DNA of 63,324 nucleotides, counting the filler, from Octopus bimaculoides (taxonomy: Eukaryota), in the NCBI RefSeq assembly GCF_001194135.2. It is 8 parts of 7 records of this genome, joined end to end, with 100 filler letters (N's around TTAATTAATTAA, not from the genome) between each part and the next. Parts side by side here need not be neighbours in the genome. Positions count along the whole stretch, not along the records: positions 17,313 to 44,740 come from NC_068981.1; 7 more parts are not named here. The stretch is one strand, 5' to 3'. Of this stretch, positions 26,225-39,150 are shown in pieces. The notes under the pieces are model-generated. The model worked only from the letters and a program-made list of their open reading frames with translations. It made no database searches and was not told the DNA's origin. Both the position numbers and the translations under genes were made by a program. Numbering within the stretch: position 1 is the first letter of the stretch; each line of letters opens with the position of its first letter.

Positions 26225-27003
26225 TTTCCTGATATGCCCGCAAGGAAAATCGGATCATTTCGGTTTGGCTGCATCTGTAGAAACTTTTAGGCTTTGTGAA
26301 AATTTTAAAATTTGGTGTATTGATGTAATTTTCCACGCTAAATCTCAGGAGATACTTCACTTTTCTCGGAAGAGGTTTAAAGTTTAATCGTTTTTACCCA
26401 GTTAGAAAACAGGATTTGGAAGCTGTCATTGTGTGCGTGACAGCACGTGTTGTCAACTGTAAACAAATGAAATATTGGCGGAATTCTACTTTTCGCACGT
26501 CATATAACCCCTCATAACAATTTTATTGTTTTGAAATTTCTAGAAAATTTTTGCGAATTTGTATTCTACACACAAGAATTCATACGATTATGCAAAAGCA
26601 AAAAAAAAATTTTTTGTGCGTGACTTAAGGCCTATTTAGCTGTTATTTTTTGCACATCTCATAACCACCTCATACCGCATGTGTTTTAAGCATTTAGTAA
26701 GCGACAAAAAGAAAACGTAGTAAGCAGCTTGGTAACAGCTTGGCTTGTTACTATGGCAACAGGTACCTATGTGTCTGTGGCTTTCGATTGGTTAAAATTA
26801 CCCAAAATGTGCAAACTTTAAAAGCTGTTAACTCTCTGTTTATTGATTTATGGCGAAAATGAATTTCATGTCAAGGATTACTTTACAAAACTCCGCCAGT
26901 ACATCAAATATGAAATCAATTGGAACAAAAATTGAAGAAATTGAAAAGTGGCAGCTAAACAGAAAAGATCTTACAGTATGTTATTTAAAATACTTAAGTC
27001 AAT

Positions 27004-27734
27004 GCTGAAGACACCTCCGAAAGGGAGTGGCCCCGCCACGTCAAAACGGTAGAGGAGTAGGGGCCGAAACCGGACGTGGTTCCTCCTGATGATGTCTTGA
27101 GATAACTGGATCCTATAAAGGAGCTGTTGTGGTAGCAGACCACGAAACATGGTTGAAATTCCTTCCTCAGNNNNNNNNNNNNNNNNNNNNNNNNNNNNNN
27201 NNNNNNNNNNNNNNNNNNNNNNNNNNNNNNNNNNNNNNNNNNNNNNNNNNNNNNNNNNNNNNNNNNNNNNNNNNNNNNNNNNNNNNNNNNNNNNNNNNNN
27301 NNNNNNNNNNNNNNNNNNNNNNNNNNNNNNNNNNNNNNNNNNNNNNNNNNNNNGCCGAAACCGGACGTGGTTCCTCCTGATGATGTCTTGAGCTAACTGG
27401 ATCCACCAAGGGAAGGTATGTCGGAAGAAAGTAATTCAACAACGCGGGTTGATGAACCGTAAGACGTGTGGCCAGAACCTCCTGGAAAATAACCATAGCG
27501 AGGGACATTCCACAGTTGAATTAGAACCGTCACAAACAGTGAAAGAAGGCATGCACCCAACACCAGAGCTGAAGACACCTCCGAAAGGGAGTGGCCCCGC
27601 CACGTCAAAACGGTAGAGGAGTAGGGGCCGAAACCGGACGTGGTTCCTCCTGATGATGTCTTGAGATAACTGGATCCTATAAAGGAGCTGTTGTGGTAGC
27701 AGACCACGAAACATGGTTGAAATTCCTTCCTCAG
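27004..27734. mobile_element. GC-rich element with identical 167-bp terminal direct repeats
   Basis: 27004-27170 equals 27568-27734. A partial third copy lies at 27354-27404. An N gap lies inside. Confidence 0.55.
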
Positions 27735-27924
27735 TTTAAAATCACAAACTAAATATACATGATTTGATTTTTAAGTCAGCAGTTTATCAATACTTGATTT
27801 AATTTCCACACTTTTAAAGACCATATTGCGTCGTAGCAGTATGACCCTTTGTATCAAATCACTGATATTAAATTGAGAAATGCTACAATAAAATAATAGA
27901 GAAACGAAAAAACTCTATGCACTT

Positions 27925-27989
27925 AGAATCTACCGAGACTTGAACACGGATCGGTGGATTCAGAGTGCTAACCATTATACCATAGAACA
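27925..27989 (-). pseudogene. tRNA-Gln(CTG) pseudogene with 7-nt anticodon-arm deletion
   Basis: Reverse complement tgttctatggtataatggttagcactctgaatccaccgatccgtgttcaagtctcggtagattct. Confidence 0.8.
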
Positions 27990-29864
27990 TTGAAGGTTCA
28001 GTCCTGAACATTTTACCTTGAAGTAAAATTCCGCACCGTGCTTTTGTCGTTCATATTATCAGTATGCACTGGAACAGAGAATTAGCAGAATCATTAGAGC
28101 GTTATAAAAATGCCATGCTGTATATTCTTCACCTATTTACGTTCATAGTTCAAATCCCATCGGAGTCAACTTTGCTTTTCATCCTTCCAACGTCGATAAA
28201 ATGAATACGAAGTCGGTTTAACCGACTGTTTCCTTTCCATAAAATTCCTGGCATTTTGTTTTTAATGATTGCGGTATGTTCTATCCATCCAGGTACTCTT
28301 TCGATGCCTTCTCTTTGGGTTGACATATCTTGGTACGGTACTCTCCAATTATCGTCGGCCAATTTTTTTTTTTTTACTAAAGGCTTAGCCAATAAACAAT
28401 TACACTCGAGAGACGGGTGTAAGTTGAACGGCAGACTTACAAAAAATTTTTAAAAACTCTACCTCATGGGGAAGGAAAGGGACAGGCGATTGAATGATTG
28501 TTTCCTTTTGTAAAAGAAGTATTTGTCAAAAACATTAATTCTTTACATTTTTGCACTCCAATTCCTTGCTTTTTTTCTGATAATTTTTTACTCGTAAAGA
28601 GCTAAGGGCAAAGACCGTATTCTTCCAATATTCTCTCAGTTCTGGAACAAAATTTTCCATTTTACCAATACTATCCAATTCCAGAACTGGGATGATATTG
28701 AAATTTAATTACATTTATAGGGATATGATCTCGTTAGAGACAAATACTAAATGTGTTTCCTTATTGAGTAAACCTTTAATGAAAGTATTCATCCTTAAAC
28801 ATGTAGTCCTATCATGGGTAAACAGCAGCTCGCGGGACTTTCTGTGTGTCTGCGCATGCCTAACGAAAAATTATCTTGAATCCTTTTAGTAGTGCGGCCC
28901 ACCTGATGATCAGCCATGTCTCCTGCAGTTCGCTTCACGAGAAAGGTTGATCATGTCTGCTCTAGTCTTTATTTCTAAGGTAACATACAGTTAATACAGT
29001 GGAACCCGTTTATTATAATCAAGGAAAATGTTATTTACCGGTTACTGGCTTTAAAATTGACGGTTCCCAAACTTTACATTTAAAATTAATTGCAATTTAT
29101 CCGCTTACTGGACTCAAAGCTTGCGATATTGTTATACAACTAACTCTTCATATGAACCGCTTCGCGATCACTACGACAAATATATTGCTTCCAATCAGTA
29201 CGGGGATCAAAACAAAATTGCGCTACCTACGGAGACATAGTAATCGTATCTCGGTGGTGATGGTGGTTGATAGCAGAAGTGGTGGTAGTGGTGATATAGT
29301 CGTATGTTGGTATTGCATATTACCAAATAAATCTGTTATCAGGTAAAAATTGAAATGTTTCATGCAAAATCGTGCCACCCGACTTGACCTTCACGTTCTC
29401 ATCTCCACCTTACCCAAGTTCCCATAAAAATGACATCCGCTCTCAAATTTCCTGTGTTTTGCATTAAGAAATTTCGTCAGAATTCATTAGAAGTCATGTG
29501 ACACACCCAGAATTTAATGCACGTGTCAAGAGGTTGGCAATCTTTTATGAAGGCGGACCGAATAGGAAATACTTTTAATGCCTTGCTAGCCAAGACGAGT
29601 AAATTTGAAATCGTGACCCTACTAGGTAATGGATTGTTTGTTTGTTCGCTTGTGTGTGTGTGCGTGCGTGTGTGCGCGTGTATGTATGCGTGCGCGTGTG
29701 TGTACGCGTGAGTGTGTGCGTGTGTGCGCGTGTGTGTATGCGTGAGTGTGTGTGTGTGCGTCTGTGCGCACGTGCATGTATGTGTGTCAGTGTGTGCGTC
29801 TGTATAATTTGAAATGTTTTTCATCATAAGCGTTTAACGTACAATAAAAATTCTTTTCCACAGT

Positions 29865-30110
29865 GCTGTGTGGAAACCGGCACGCCAAAGAATAGACCCA
29901 GCATTTCCTCTGCGTGTCATAAAGGGCAACTAAAAGGGGTTGAGGTAGGATTTGCACTCCACCGTCATAAAACTTTCACCAGCAACGACTACCTAAACAA
30001 ACCCATGAATTGGAGAGTTGTCGCCTGAGTGGTGCAACGGTGTCATCCGTCCGAAGTAGGGAATCACCAACGAATGGTGAATGCTGTTACAGCGCACAGC
30101 GCACACCTCC
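29865..30110 (+). repeat. Interspersed repeat resembling an RTE 5' UTR
   Basis: Homolog of 9265-9505 in the opposite orientation. Confidence 0.6.
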
Positions 30111-30532
30111 ATACACCTAACAATACCACAGTGAAGGATAACCCAAAGAACAAGCTTTTTCTTAACAACATAATATTTAAAAGATATTTCTTTCGCTAAG
30201 CCACAAAGGATCCAAAGATTCAACACAAAATTATTAACATGTAACAAACACGGTAGTGAAAATAGCACAATTCTAGTATGATAATATCTTGAGGGGAGCA
30301 TGTATTTTGTTATTTGTTTTAATTTCAATATATAATGTCATAAATTTTTTTTTTTAAAAACACTATTAATATCTGGTTTCACTTTTCAGTTCAGATAACT
30401 TTGTGGTGCAATGTAAATATATATATATATATATCTTTCATTTCCCGAGAGTCCAGTAACACAATCTGTATCACGTCATCGCGTTGTTGTTTTTTGTTGT
30501 TGTTTTTTGTTGTTGTTTTTCTTTTTTGAACC

Positions 30533-30570
<38 letters not shown>

Positions 30571-30973
30571 TGGACAAACGATGCAGCGGGTTTGATCTGG
30601 ACCGCAAGCCATTGTTTACCGATCTCTGCTATGGACAATAACGTAATTTGCTTAGTACCCAGCGCCAGTCCTTCATTTTAATAACTATGCTTCTAACAAT
30701 AAGCATAAGGGCAGAAATTTGGTTAGGGGAAGGTTTAGTCGATTGACTCAACCTCAATAGTTCACTAATACTTGATTTTATCGAACCAGAATAGATGAAA
30801 GGCTATGCCAAGGTCAGTCTTTTTTTTTTCTCCCTTTCCTGCTTCAGGGTTTGATAAAATAAAGTACTAATGAAGTACTGTAGTCTAATTTCTTCCCCCG
30901 CAAATTTTTGGTCTTATGTCTACGTTAGAAGCAAATGACAACTCCACGAAGCAGTGGTTTCAAGCAAGCAAAA

Positions 30974-31045
30974 AGTTCTATGGTGAAATGGCTAGAACTT
31001 TGGACTCTGAATCCAATGTTCTGGTCTCAAATATCGGTAGGACCT
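30974..31045 (+). pseudogene. Degenerate tRNA-Gln(CTG)
   Basis: agttctatggtgaaatggctagaactttggactctgaatccaatgttctggtctcaaatatcggtaggacct; B box destroyed. Confidence 0.75.
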
Positions 31046-31786
31046 ACGGAGTTAACTTGCTTTCTCTTTAAGTATCTGTCGTTTATATAATTACTAATGC
31101 ATGACGTTGTTCTGCGCCTGAAATAGTTAATACTTTGTTTCATTGAAATATAAGTATAAATGCAAGACAGAATTAATAAAAAGGAGGTAAATCAATATTA
31201 AAATAAAGAAACATTTAATTAATCAAAATACTTTGCTGGTCATTTTGCTTGTCACGCTGAGCTAAGCTTAATCATTAAGCGGGCCCTGCTGAGTATGAAG
31301 TTTATAAAATTGTGCATAAAGTATATAAAGTGTACATATAAAGTACATTAAGTAAACATCGTGTTTCAATTTCCTTCACTTTTCACTGATTAGCAGATGA
31401 GCAGCTATCTTTTTATACAGGCACAGCACAAACTACGCTTTCAGGTTTTTTGGATAAAGTTTTCAGAAATAACCCAACAACTTTACCATTAATTCCGTGA
31501 AATATTCACAGATCTCGTTAGTTCTTATGAATATGACAATACTGTCTGGCTTTCAGCATGTATTTACAAACATAAACACACAAATTTCTTAACGCGATCG
31601 TTAAAAACATTTAGTCCAATAATAAAGCTACCTCTTTCGAAAATAAGAAATTCCTTATTTTCAATGTGTGTATCTTAATAAGTTGTCATAACTGCAGAAG
31701 TTTGTCTCACTCACCCGACTCTGTTACTGCATAACTTACTGGAAAATGTTTTTTTTTAAATTTTCATATGAAATTTTCTACAATTA

Positions 31787-32300
<514 letters not shown>

Positions 32301-32319
32301 TACGGGTGTGTGGGGGGGA

Positions 32320-32870
32320 GTGTGTCTTTATGTCTGTTTGTTCCCCATCACCGCTTTGACAACCGGTGTTGGTGTGTTTACGTCACCGTAACCTAGCAGT
32401 TCACCAAAAGAGGCCGATAGAATAAGTACCAGACTTTAAAGGAAAAAGGCTTACAGTTTGGCTCACAGATGTTTTAATTATTTTTTTTAACTAAACAGAT
32501 TGAAACTTCATACACTGGTGAAATGTCTCACGCAAAACACGGATTACTTTGAACATTTTTGACAAAATTTAGTATTTTAGAAGTTATTTCATGTTAAAGT
32601 TGTCGTATCTGGGTAATTTCAACCAATCAACGACGTGTATTCAGTTGAAGAAAGCTATTGCTGTTTGCGATAGTAAGATAGTGAGACATTCCACCAGTAT
32701 ACGAAATTTCAAACTGTTTAGTTTTAAAAAAATGTAATTAAAAAATCTGTGAGCCAAACTGAACAAATTCGGGAAAAGGGACTGGGGTCGATTCGTTCGA
32801 CTAAGATCCTTCAAGGTGCCCCAGCATGGCTGCAGTCTAATGACTGAAACAAGCAAAAGATAAACGATAA
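32320..32870 (+). mobile_element. SINE family A 3' half, interrupted by a MITE
   Basis: ccgctttgacaaccggtgttggtg...gatagaataagtacc [MITE] ggggtcgattcgttcgactaa...cagcatggctgcagtctaatgactgaaacaag. Confidence 0.75.
32454..32761. mobile_element. Tc1/mariner-like MITE
   Basis: 27-bp TIR cagtttggctcacagat(g/t)ttttaatta at both ends with one mismatch. TA on the left, AA on the right. Confidence 0.8.
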
Positions 32871-33458
32871 AAGACAACTAATTCCTGAAGGGTAAGTGTG
32901 GAGAATAGACCTTTTTTTTTTTTTTGAACACCATTGTAATCTACATCATCAAATTGTATGAAGAAACAAAGTCCAGATGCACGAAATAACCCCACCAGCA
33001 TTTTTTCACATTAAATTCAGATATAATCTTAATTTTAATCTACATCATATGAAAGGTATTTGTGTGAAAATTTCATTAAAATATACCCATTTTACTCTAA
33101 GTTGTGTGAAAACAAAATCGCAGTTTGTGAATAATTCGAAACTCCTTTCATCCATCCTGAAAAAGTTTTACTTTCCATTGACACAGTCTGAAACGTATAT
33201 GTAGAAAATTTCATTAAAAAATATCGATTTTTCAGACGGTTATGAGAAAGCAAAGTCAGCGGGGGCACGTTTCTATAGTTATGTCAATAAATTAGCTAAA
33301 TGTCTGATGAACCTGTTGAGAAATGAATATTTCTGTACATACATACACGCATAAATACGTGCATACATACATACATACAGACAGACAGACAGACAGTACA
33401 ACTGTCATATTCGTATACATATGCACTTGTGGGCACATACATATATGCATACATAAGG

Positions 33459-33511
<53 letters not shown>

Positions 33512-33664
33512 GAAAGAGACAGAGAGAGTGGAAAGATTTGCGAACCAAGCCTGAAGTTAAGTGGAAGACGGACAGATTTCACGAATCAAAATTTTCTTTG
33601 CTTTATAAAACACCGTGGCTCAAAGTTTAATTTCAAGATAAAATGTTGCCAACTGATAATGTGA

Positions 33665-33736
33665 GGTTCTATGGTGTAATGGTTAGCACTCTGGACTTTG
33701 AATCCAGCGATCCGAGTTCAAGTCTCGGCAGAACCT
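33665..33736 (+). tRNA. tRNA-Gln-TTG: tRNA-Gln(TTG), near-intact
   Basis: Full cloverleaf with intact A and B boxes; one acceptor mismatch (A7:C66); T-run terminator at about 33748. Confidence 0.88.
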
Positions 33737-34257
33737 TGTAAACTAAATTTTTTTTATTTTTACGCATCTGTCATTATTATCAAAACGTGTTACACTGATT
33801 TTCAACTAACAATAATTTCTTTGATGTTTTAGTATGTCAAATATTGTCATAATCATAAAGTCTCTATATCTATCTCTTCCTCCGAAGGAGAGCAAGTATC
33901 CGAAATGTTACACTTCTTTCTTCCTCGTATCATAAATTAAATTCCCTTGTTTGAACACTCTTTATTACTTTATGCCAACACACAACATCATTAATTTCTC
34001 GATGTTTACTGTTTCCCAGTTGTGAGTAAAGCAAATTGCTAGACATATGATTATTTGTCAATGACATCACGCTATGACTTGCATAAGAATTGTTCTGCTA
34101 ATGTTTTTTTTTTGCGTGAGATTGATTAAACGAAAAAGATTAGTGATATGAAATAGAACTAGCAATTGAAACTGCATCACAAACTAAAGTCCACTTTAAG
34201 CTGGCTCTTGATGTTCTGTGCTCAAATCTCTCCAAAATTAACTTTGTTTCTCGTTTA

Positions 34258-34460
34258 GTAGGAGTCGGCAGAATCGTTAGCACACCGAGCTTAGCAGCAT
34301 TTTGTCCGTCTTCATGTTCTGAGCTCAAATACCGCCGAGATCAACTTTGCCTTTCATCCCTTCGGGATCGATAAAATAACTACCAGTTGAGTTCTGGGTT
34401 CATTATAATCAATTTACTCCCTCTCTCGAAATTGCTGACCTTGTGTCAAAATTTGAAACC
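34258..34460 (+). mobile_element. SINE family B
   Basis: gcagaatcgttagcacaccg...actttgcctttcatcccttcgggatcgataaa. Confidence 0.75.
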
Positions 34461-35010
34461 AGTATTCCTGTGAAATATCATAGATATGATTGGAACTTTA
34501 ATTGAAAACTATGACTACGTCTTGTTTTATATTGGTTTCCTCTGGAGGAAGGGATATTGTCCATAGTTTTACAAGTTTCTCCAGACTAATGAAAATTGCT
34601 GATCAAAAAGAATAAAAATATGGGCAAAGATGGAACTTCAGAATTCCAGATGGTTGAACTTCTAAGAAGAAAGGTCTAGGAATAAATGCTTGTGATGTTA
34701 CAAGCCTTTAACCATTGAAATTTTTGATACTTTCACACAATTAAATCTATCCACTCTCTACAACACCGTCATGTTTTTTTATGGTGAGGAATAATTAAAA
34801 AGAAAAGAATTTAATGAAAGAAAACAATGATGAAATTATGAATATTTGCTGGGGTTTTTTTTTTCTTTTTTCGTTGGACCGTAATGGAAAAAAATAAAAT
34901 GAACATTTCTCCCAGTCGTTTGAAGATTTATATTTATATACAATTAGAATAATAATGTTATTGCCATAATCATAGGTCTTGTTTTCGATCGCTAGAAATA
35001 ACAGCTGAAA

Positions 35011-35241
35011 GGCGGCGAGCTGGCAGACACGTTAGCACGCCGGGCGAAATACTTAGCGGTATTTCGTCTGTCTTTACGATCTGAGTTCGAATTCCGCCGA
35101 GGTCGACTTTGCCCTTCATCATTTCGGGGTCGATAAATTAAGTACCAGTTACGCACTGGGGTCGATGTAATCGACTTAATCCCTTTGTCTGTCCTTGTTT
35201 GTCCCCTCTATGTTTAGCCCCTTGTGGGCAGTACAGAAATA
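35011..35241 (+). mobile_element. SINE family B, full length with 17-bp TSD
   Basis: Flanked by agaaataacagctgaaa at 34994-35010 and 35242-35258; tRNA-like head with A/B boxes. Confidence 0.93.
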
Positions 35242-36224
35242 AGAAATAACAGCTGAAATGAAGCGAAAACACATGAATTGTCAATAAAAGAAAACAATGA
35301 TGAAATAAAACAATGTAAGAAAATGAATTTTTTCAACTTTTTTTTTTACACAGAATGTAATGACAGATTTTTTTTTCCTGATTTTTAAAATGAGATGCAA
35401 TAAAAGAAATGGGACTGAGCTATACACTCCGGTATCTTTTCATATAGATCACATCTTTTGTACTTGCGGCGTCAAAAACTCGCAGAGATACGAGTCCACT
35501 GTAGAACGGTGAGTATCACAGCATCGCCGTTTATTCCCTCGCTTAAGTGCTTTCTCCTTTTTGAGTATGGATCCCGTCTTGCGAGTTTACAAACTCAGTA
35601 TAGTAGCTCACCATTCTATGGCAAAATTGGTACCCTGTGTAGTGGATATGTATCCTGTCGTAGTGAGTTGGTCTGTTGGGTTTGAATAAACTGCAGAGAC
35701 TCGGTAATCGAAGTATAATTTCATTTATTTAGCATAAATGATACAGCGTTGATCGGACATCGAAACATATCACTACATTACAAACGTGTATAACTAGCTA
35801 CGAGTTATATGCGGAGAAAGCATGTATTTGGTTCAGCTTGATTGATTGCAGTGAAAACCGCTGTTAGTACATGCGAGTATCTTGGCTGAGTTGATAGCAG
35901 TTAAAACCGCTTTTCGTACGTTCGAGTCAGAAACTAGATTCAGACTGCCCATCTATTGTTCCCGGTGTTGTATTTATAGTTAGCAGCATGGTAGACGATT
36001 TATTTTTAGCTACGGTGAAATTCTGCTGCTGATTTACAAAAAGGGCGTCAATTTGAGGTTTTCACTAAGGGAGCTGTCAATCTATTTTTAGCTATGATGA
36101 AATCTNNNNNNNNNNNNNNNNNNNNNNNNNNNNNNNNNNNNNNNNNNNNNNNNNNNNNNNNNNNNNNNNNNNNNNNNNNNNNNNNNNNNNNNNNNNNNNN
36201 NNNNNTCGAATCTACCTTTTGATG

Positions 36225-36500
36225 CCTATCTACTTGACAGAGATAGGCAACAAGACTGTCTCTCACCGATCCTACCGTCCAGACCTTGCACCCTTTGATT
36301 TTGGTTGTTTTCCAAGTTGAAGGAAAAGTGGAAGGAGGCTGTGACGAGAGTCCTGGACACCTTCACTTTGAAGACCTTCCAGGGGTCCTCATGAAGTGGC
36401 AGGAGCGCAACAGTAAGTGCACTGAAGTCAGCGAATCCTACTTCCAAGAAGATTAGAGTTTTGTACTTTGAAATTCATTAAAAGTCTTGAAAAAGTCTCT
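36225..36500 (+). mobile_element. Mariner transposase C-terminal fragment
   Basis: SYRPDLAPFDFWLFSKLKEK...KEAVTRVLDTFT matches the mariner YSPDLAP.DF.LF motif. Confidence 0.8.
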
Positions 36501-36569
36501 AACCAAGAGTAGGCGAAATTGCCCCAGAGCTAGGCAGAATTTACTGATAAAAATTAAAACGACCAATAA

Positions 36570-37725
36570 ATCCCACCCAGCTTCAAATATTCCTAAAATT
36601 TCAACTTCTTAAGAGTTAGTAAGACCCCTTAGTGGGGGCTTAATCCCCACAATTTAGTCAATTTTTCTAAGCCAAGACGGATACAATTGTAGTCTTGGAA
36701 GCTGTAGCGTCACTCGAGGATACAAGATGAGCGTTATTTGTAATTCAATGGTACAACAGTGTAAAAGTTTGCTTTGAGATATACTTAGATTGTGATTTCT
36801 GCAATGTGGTGCATAAATTGTCAAGTAAAAGAGACGCATCTTTGCCTCCATCGATTCAGTTGCAAAGTGTTATTTTGAGAAAAGTTATTTTGCTTGCAGA
36901 CCTCCTTTGTGTCCTTTTATTATCACTGGGTCAGAGATAGTCCCCAGATGGTAACACTGATTTCAAGTCCTTTACAGGTAAGTGATTGGTCATTCAGAGA
37001 GATTTATAGATTGCAAATTTATTCTGTTCAGTTACCTATCGGTGTAGTGATCATTGGAAAAATCCAGAGGTGACACTTTCATTTCTCCTTAGCCCTCACG
37101 TCACACAGTTGTTAATGTTTATTTGAGTTGGGTCATACCCTTCCAATTGCTATAGATCCGTAATGCATCTTACTGCTGTGCCGGTCACCTCTATGGTCAA
37201 GGATCCTACATTGGGGAGTGGTGACGATTAGGGTAGGGTAGCTGACTGCTTATTGTGATCATTCGTTTTATGGTTTCCTCTAGCTTCGCTCGCTTTTACA
37301 AATCCAGTGAACATTCATATATTTCCGATTTCAAAGAAATTTGAACAATGGATATAAGACACAAGTTAAAAAAGATTCTCAACAATTCAACCTCTCTGGT
37401 TGTCTTTAGGACCCCCTCCTCTAATAGGGGTCTTAACTCCCACATTTTAGAGCTCCATTTTTCAGGAGCAAAAAGTTTTTAAAAGGTTTTCTAAGATTTG
37501 GATTTTGGAATCTGGGCATAAAGATGAGTAGTATGGGATAAATATGTCGTGATGAGAATTTTTGCTAGGGTGTGTAAAGAGGGAAGGAACCCTCTTAAAA
37601 ATTCTTAATCTCCAATTTTGATGAAATTAAAATCATAGGTATTCCAGTTCATTAGAGAAAATATAAAAGAAAAGTCTAATTCTTCAATGCCACGTGACAC
37701 GGGCAACGCCGGGTATCTCTGCTAG
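36570..37725 (+). mobile_element. Non-autonomous Helitron-like element, copy 2
   Basis: Colinear with 15130-16278; ends cacgggcaacgccgggtatctctgCTAG|t. Confidence 0.8.
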
Positions 37726-38029
37726 TATGTCATAAAATGTAAGTGTAGATACGATACATCTGATAAATAAGACGAGATGGTCAAAAATTGAAAACATTTG
37801 ATCATAAGCCTATTCAGTTCAGATACGTGACCTGTGGCTAAGCAATATCAATTATTAAATGTTATTTTCTAATGGAGTCAGTCATGTGTGTCGTCAAACA
37901 TTTTTAACACGTCATTCTTTACAACCGGATTAAAATGTACTACTCCCACTGCACTCTTTACTCTGTAGTACAGGTTTCTTTTAACCTCATACAAAGCCTC
38001 TGTATTTTTAATATAATAACAATATTTAT

Positions 38030-38200
38030 AATAGGCAAAACGACAGGAATTTAATGGAAAAGAAACTGTCGGTTATATCGACTTTGGTACTTGACTGGTA
38101 CTCTGTTTTATCATCGTCGGAAGGATGAAGGCAAATTTTACCACAGCAGGATTTGAACTCAGAGCATAAAGATGTAGAACAGATAAAAAAACCACGTAGC
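38030..38200 (-). mobile_element. SINE family B, degenerate
   Basis: atcgactttggtacttgactggtac...ggatgaaggcaaa...ggatttgaactcagagc. Confidence 0.6.
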
Positions 38201-38328
38201 GTTTTTCTAATTTTCTAGTGATTCGGCCAATCTACAACTCTCTTACATACTGATACAATGAAAAAAATAACAAAAGCACGTGACATGATATTTATTTTAA
38301 GATTAAGTGTTCACTTGCGAGCAAGTGA

Positions 38329-38400
38329 GGTTCTATGGTGTAATGGTTAGCACTCTGGACTCTGAATCCAGCGATCCGAGTTCAAGTCTCGGTAGTACCT
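38329..38400 (+). tRNA. tRNA-Gln-CTG: tRNA-Gln(CTG), near-intact
   Basis: Canonical tRNA-Gln sequence with one acceptor mismatch (T4:T69); T-runs downstream. Confidence 0.88.
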
Positions 38401-38471
38401 AAGTATCTGTTTTCTTTTGATTTCAACATATCAGTTTAAAATCAATGATTTGGTATGATGAAATATGATAT

Positions 38472-38900
38472 TTAAAATACTTGCGGAAAGCAAAGCGAAT
38501 ATTGATTAAAACCTTCCTCCGTTTCCAAGGATTTTACCGAGTGCAGTTGTGCAGTTTCAATGTTTTTTAGGTGTACTTCGATGGTACCGAACTTTTTCCC
38601 TCTGGCTAGATGTGATATCTTGGGCTTTAGACATTTCTCTACCTTCTCCTCACTTACTCGCTCGATTTTTTTCCCTTTTTGGCTGTATGTTTTAGATATA
38701 ATTGTTTCTTTTTTCTCTGTCAATAAAATCTCTTCTGGGGGTTGAACCTTGACAACGCCGTCTTTAATTATTACCATGTCCCTATACATTAATAAGTCAC
38801 TTTTATTCGTCGACAGTTGGCGAGTTCCATCTCCAACTGCACCAATATGTCCAAGTCTTCTAAAGACTCCTAACTCGTAATTAAAGCTGGTGTGGATCAC
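38472..38900 (-). mobile_element. Putative L1/Tx1-type ORF1 fragment
   Basis: Open 142-aa frame with KIERVSEEKVEKCLKPKISHLARGKKFGTIEVHLKN. A degenerate homolog (EFGTIEF) lies near 51190-51290. Assignment is by recollection of ORF1-like motifs only. Confidence 0.4.
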
Positions 38901-38949
38901 AATTACGAGATAAGTGAAGCAGTCAATAACGTTGACATTTCCACCGACA

Positions 38950-39150
38950 ACAGATTTGAGATTGGTTCTTTGTCTTTACCAAAGAAACTCCACGATCAAG
39001 TGGTTCTGCTTCTTCGTTCAGTGACAGGAGCACACTCCTTAGGACCCCAAGAGACTCAGCAAGAATAACCACATCATCAGAAAAATACAGGTTAGTAATC
39101 CTAGTTTCACCAGTGAGTGCTCCACAACTCGATAGTACCACCATGTCTAC
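38950..39150 (-). mobile_element. RTE-type RT fragment
   Basis: ITNLYFSDDVVILAESLGVLRSVLLSLNEEAEPL...VSLVKTK (degenerate FADD motif). Confidence 0.7.
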
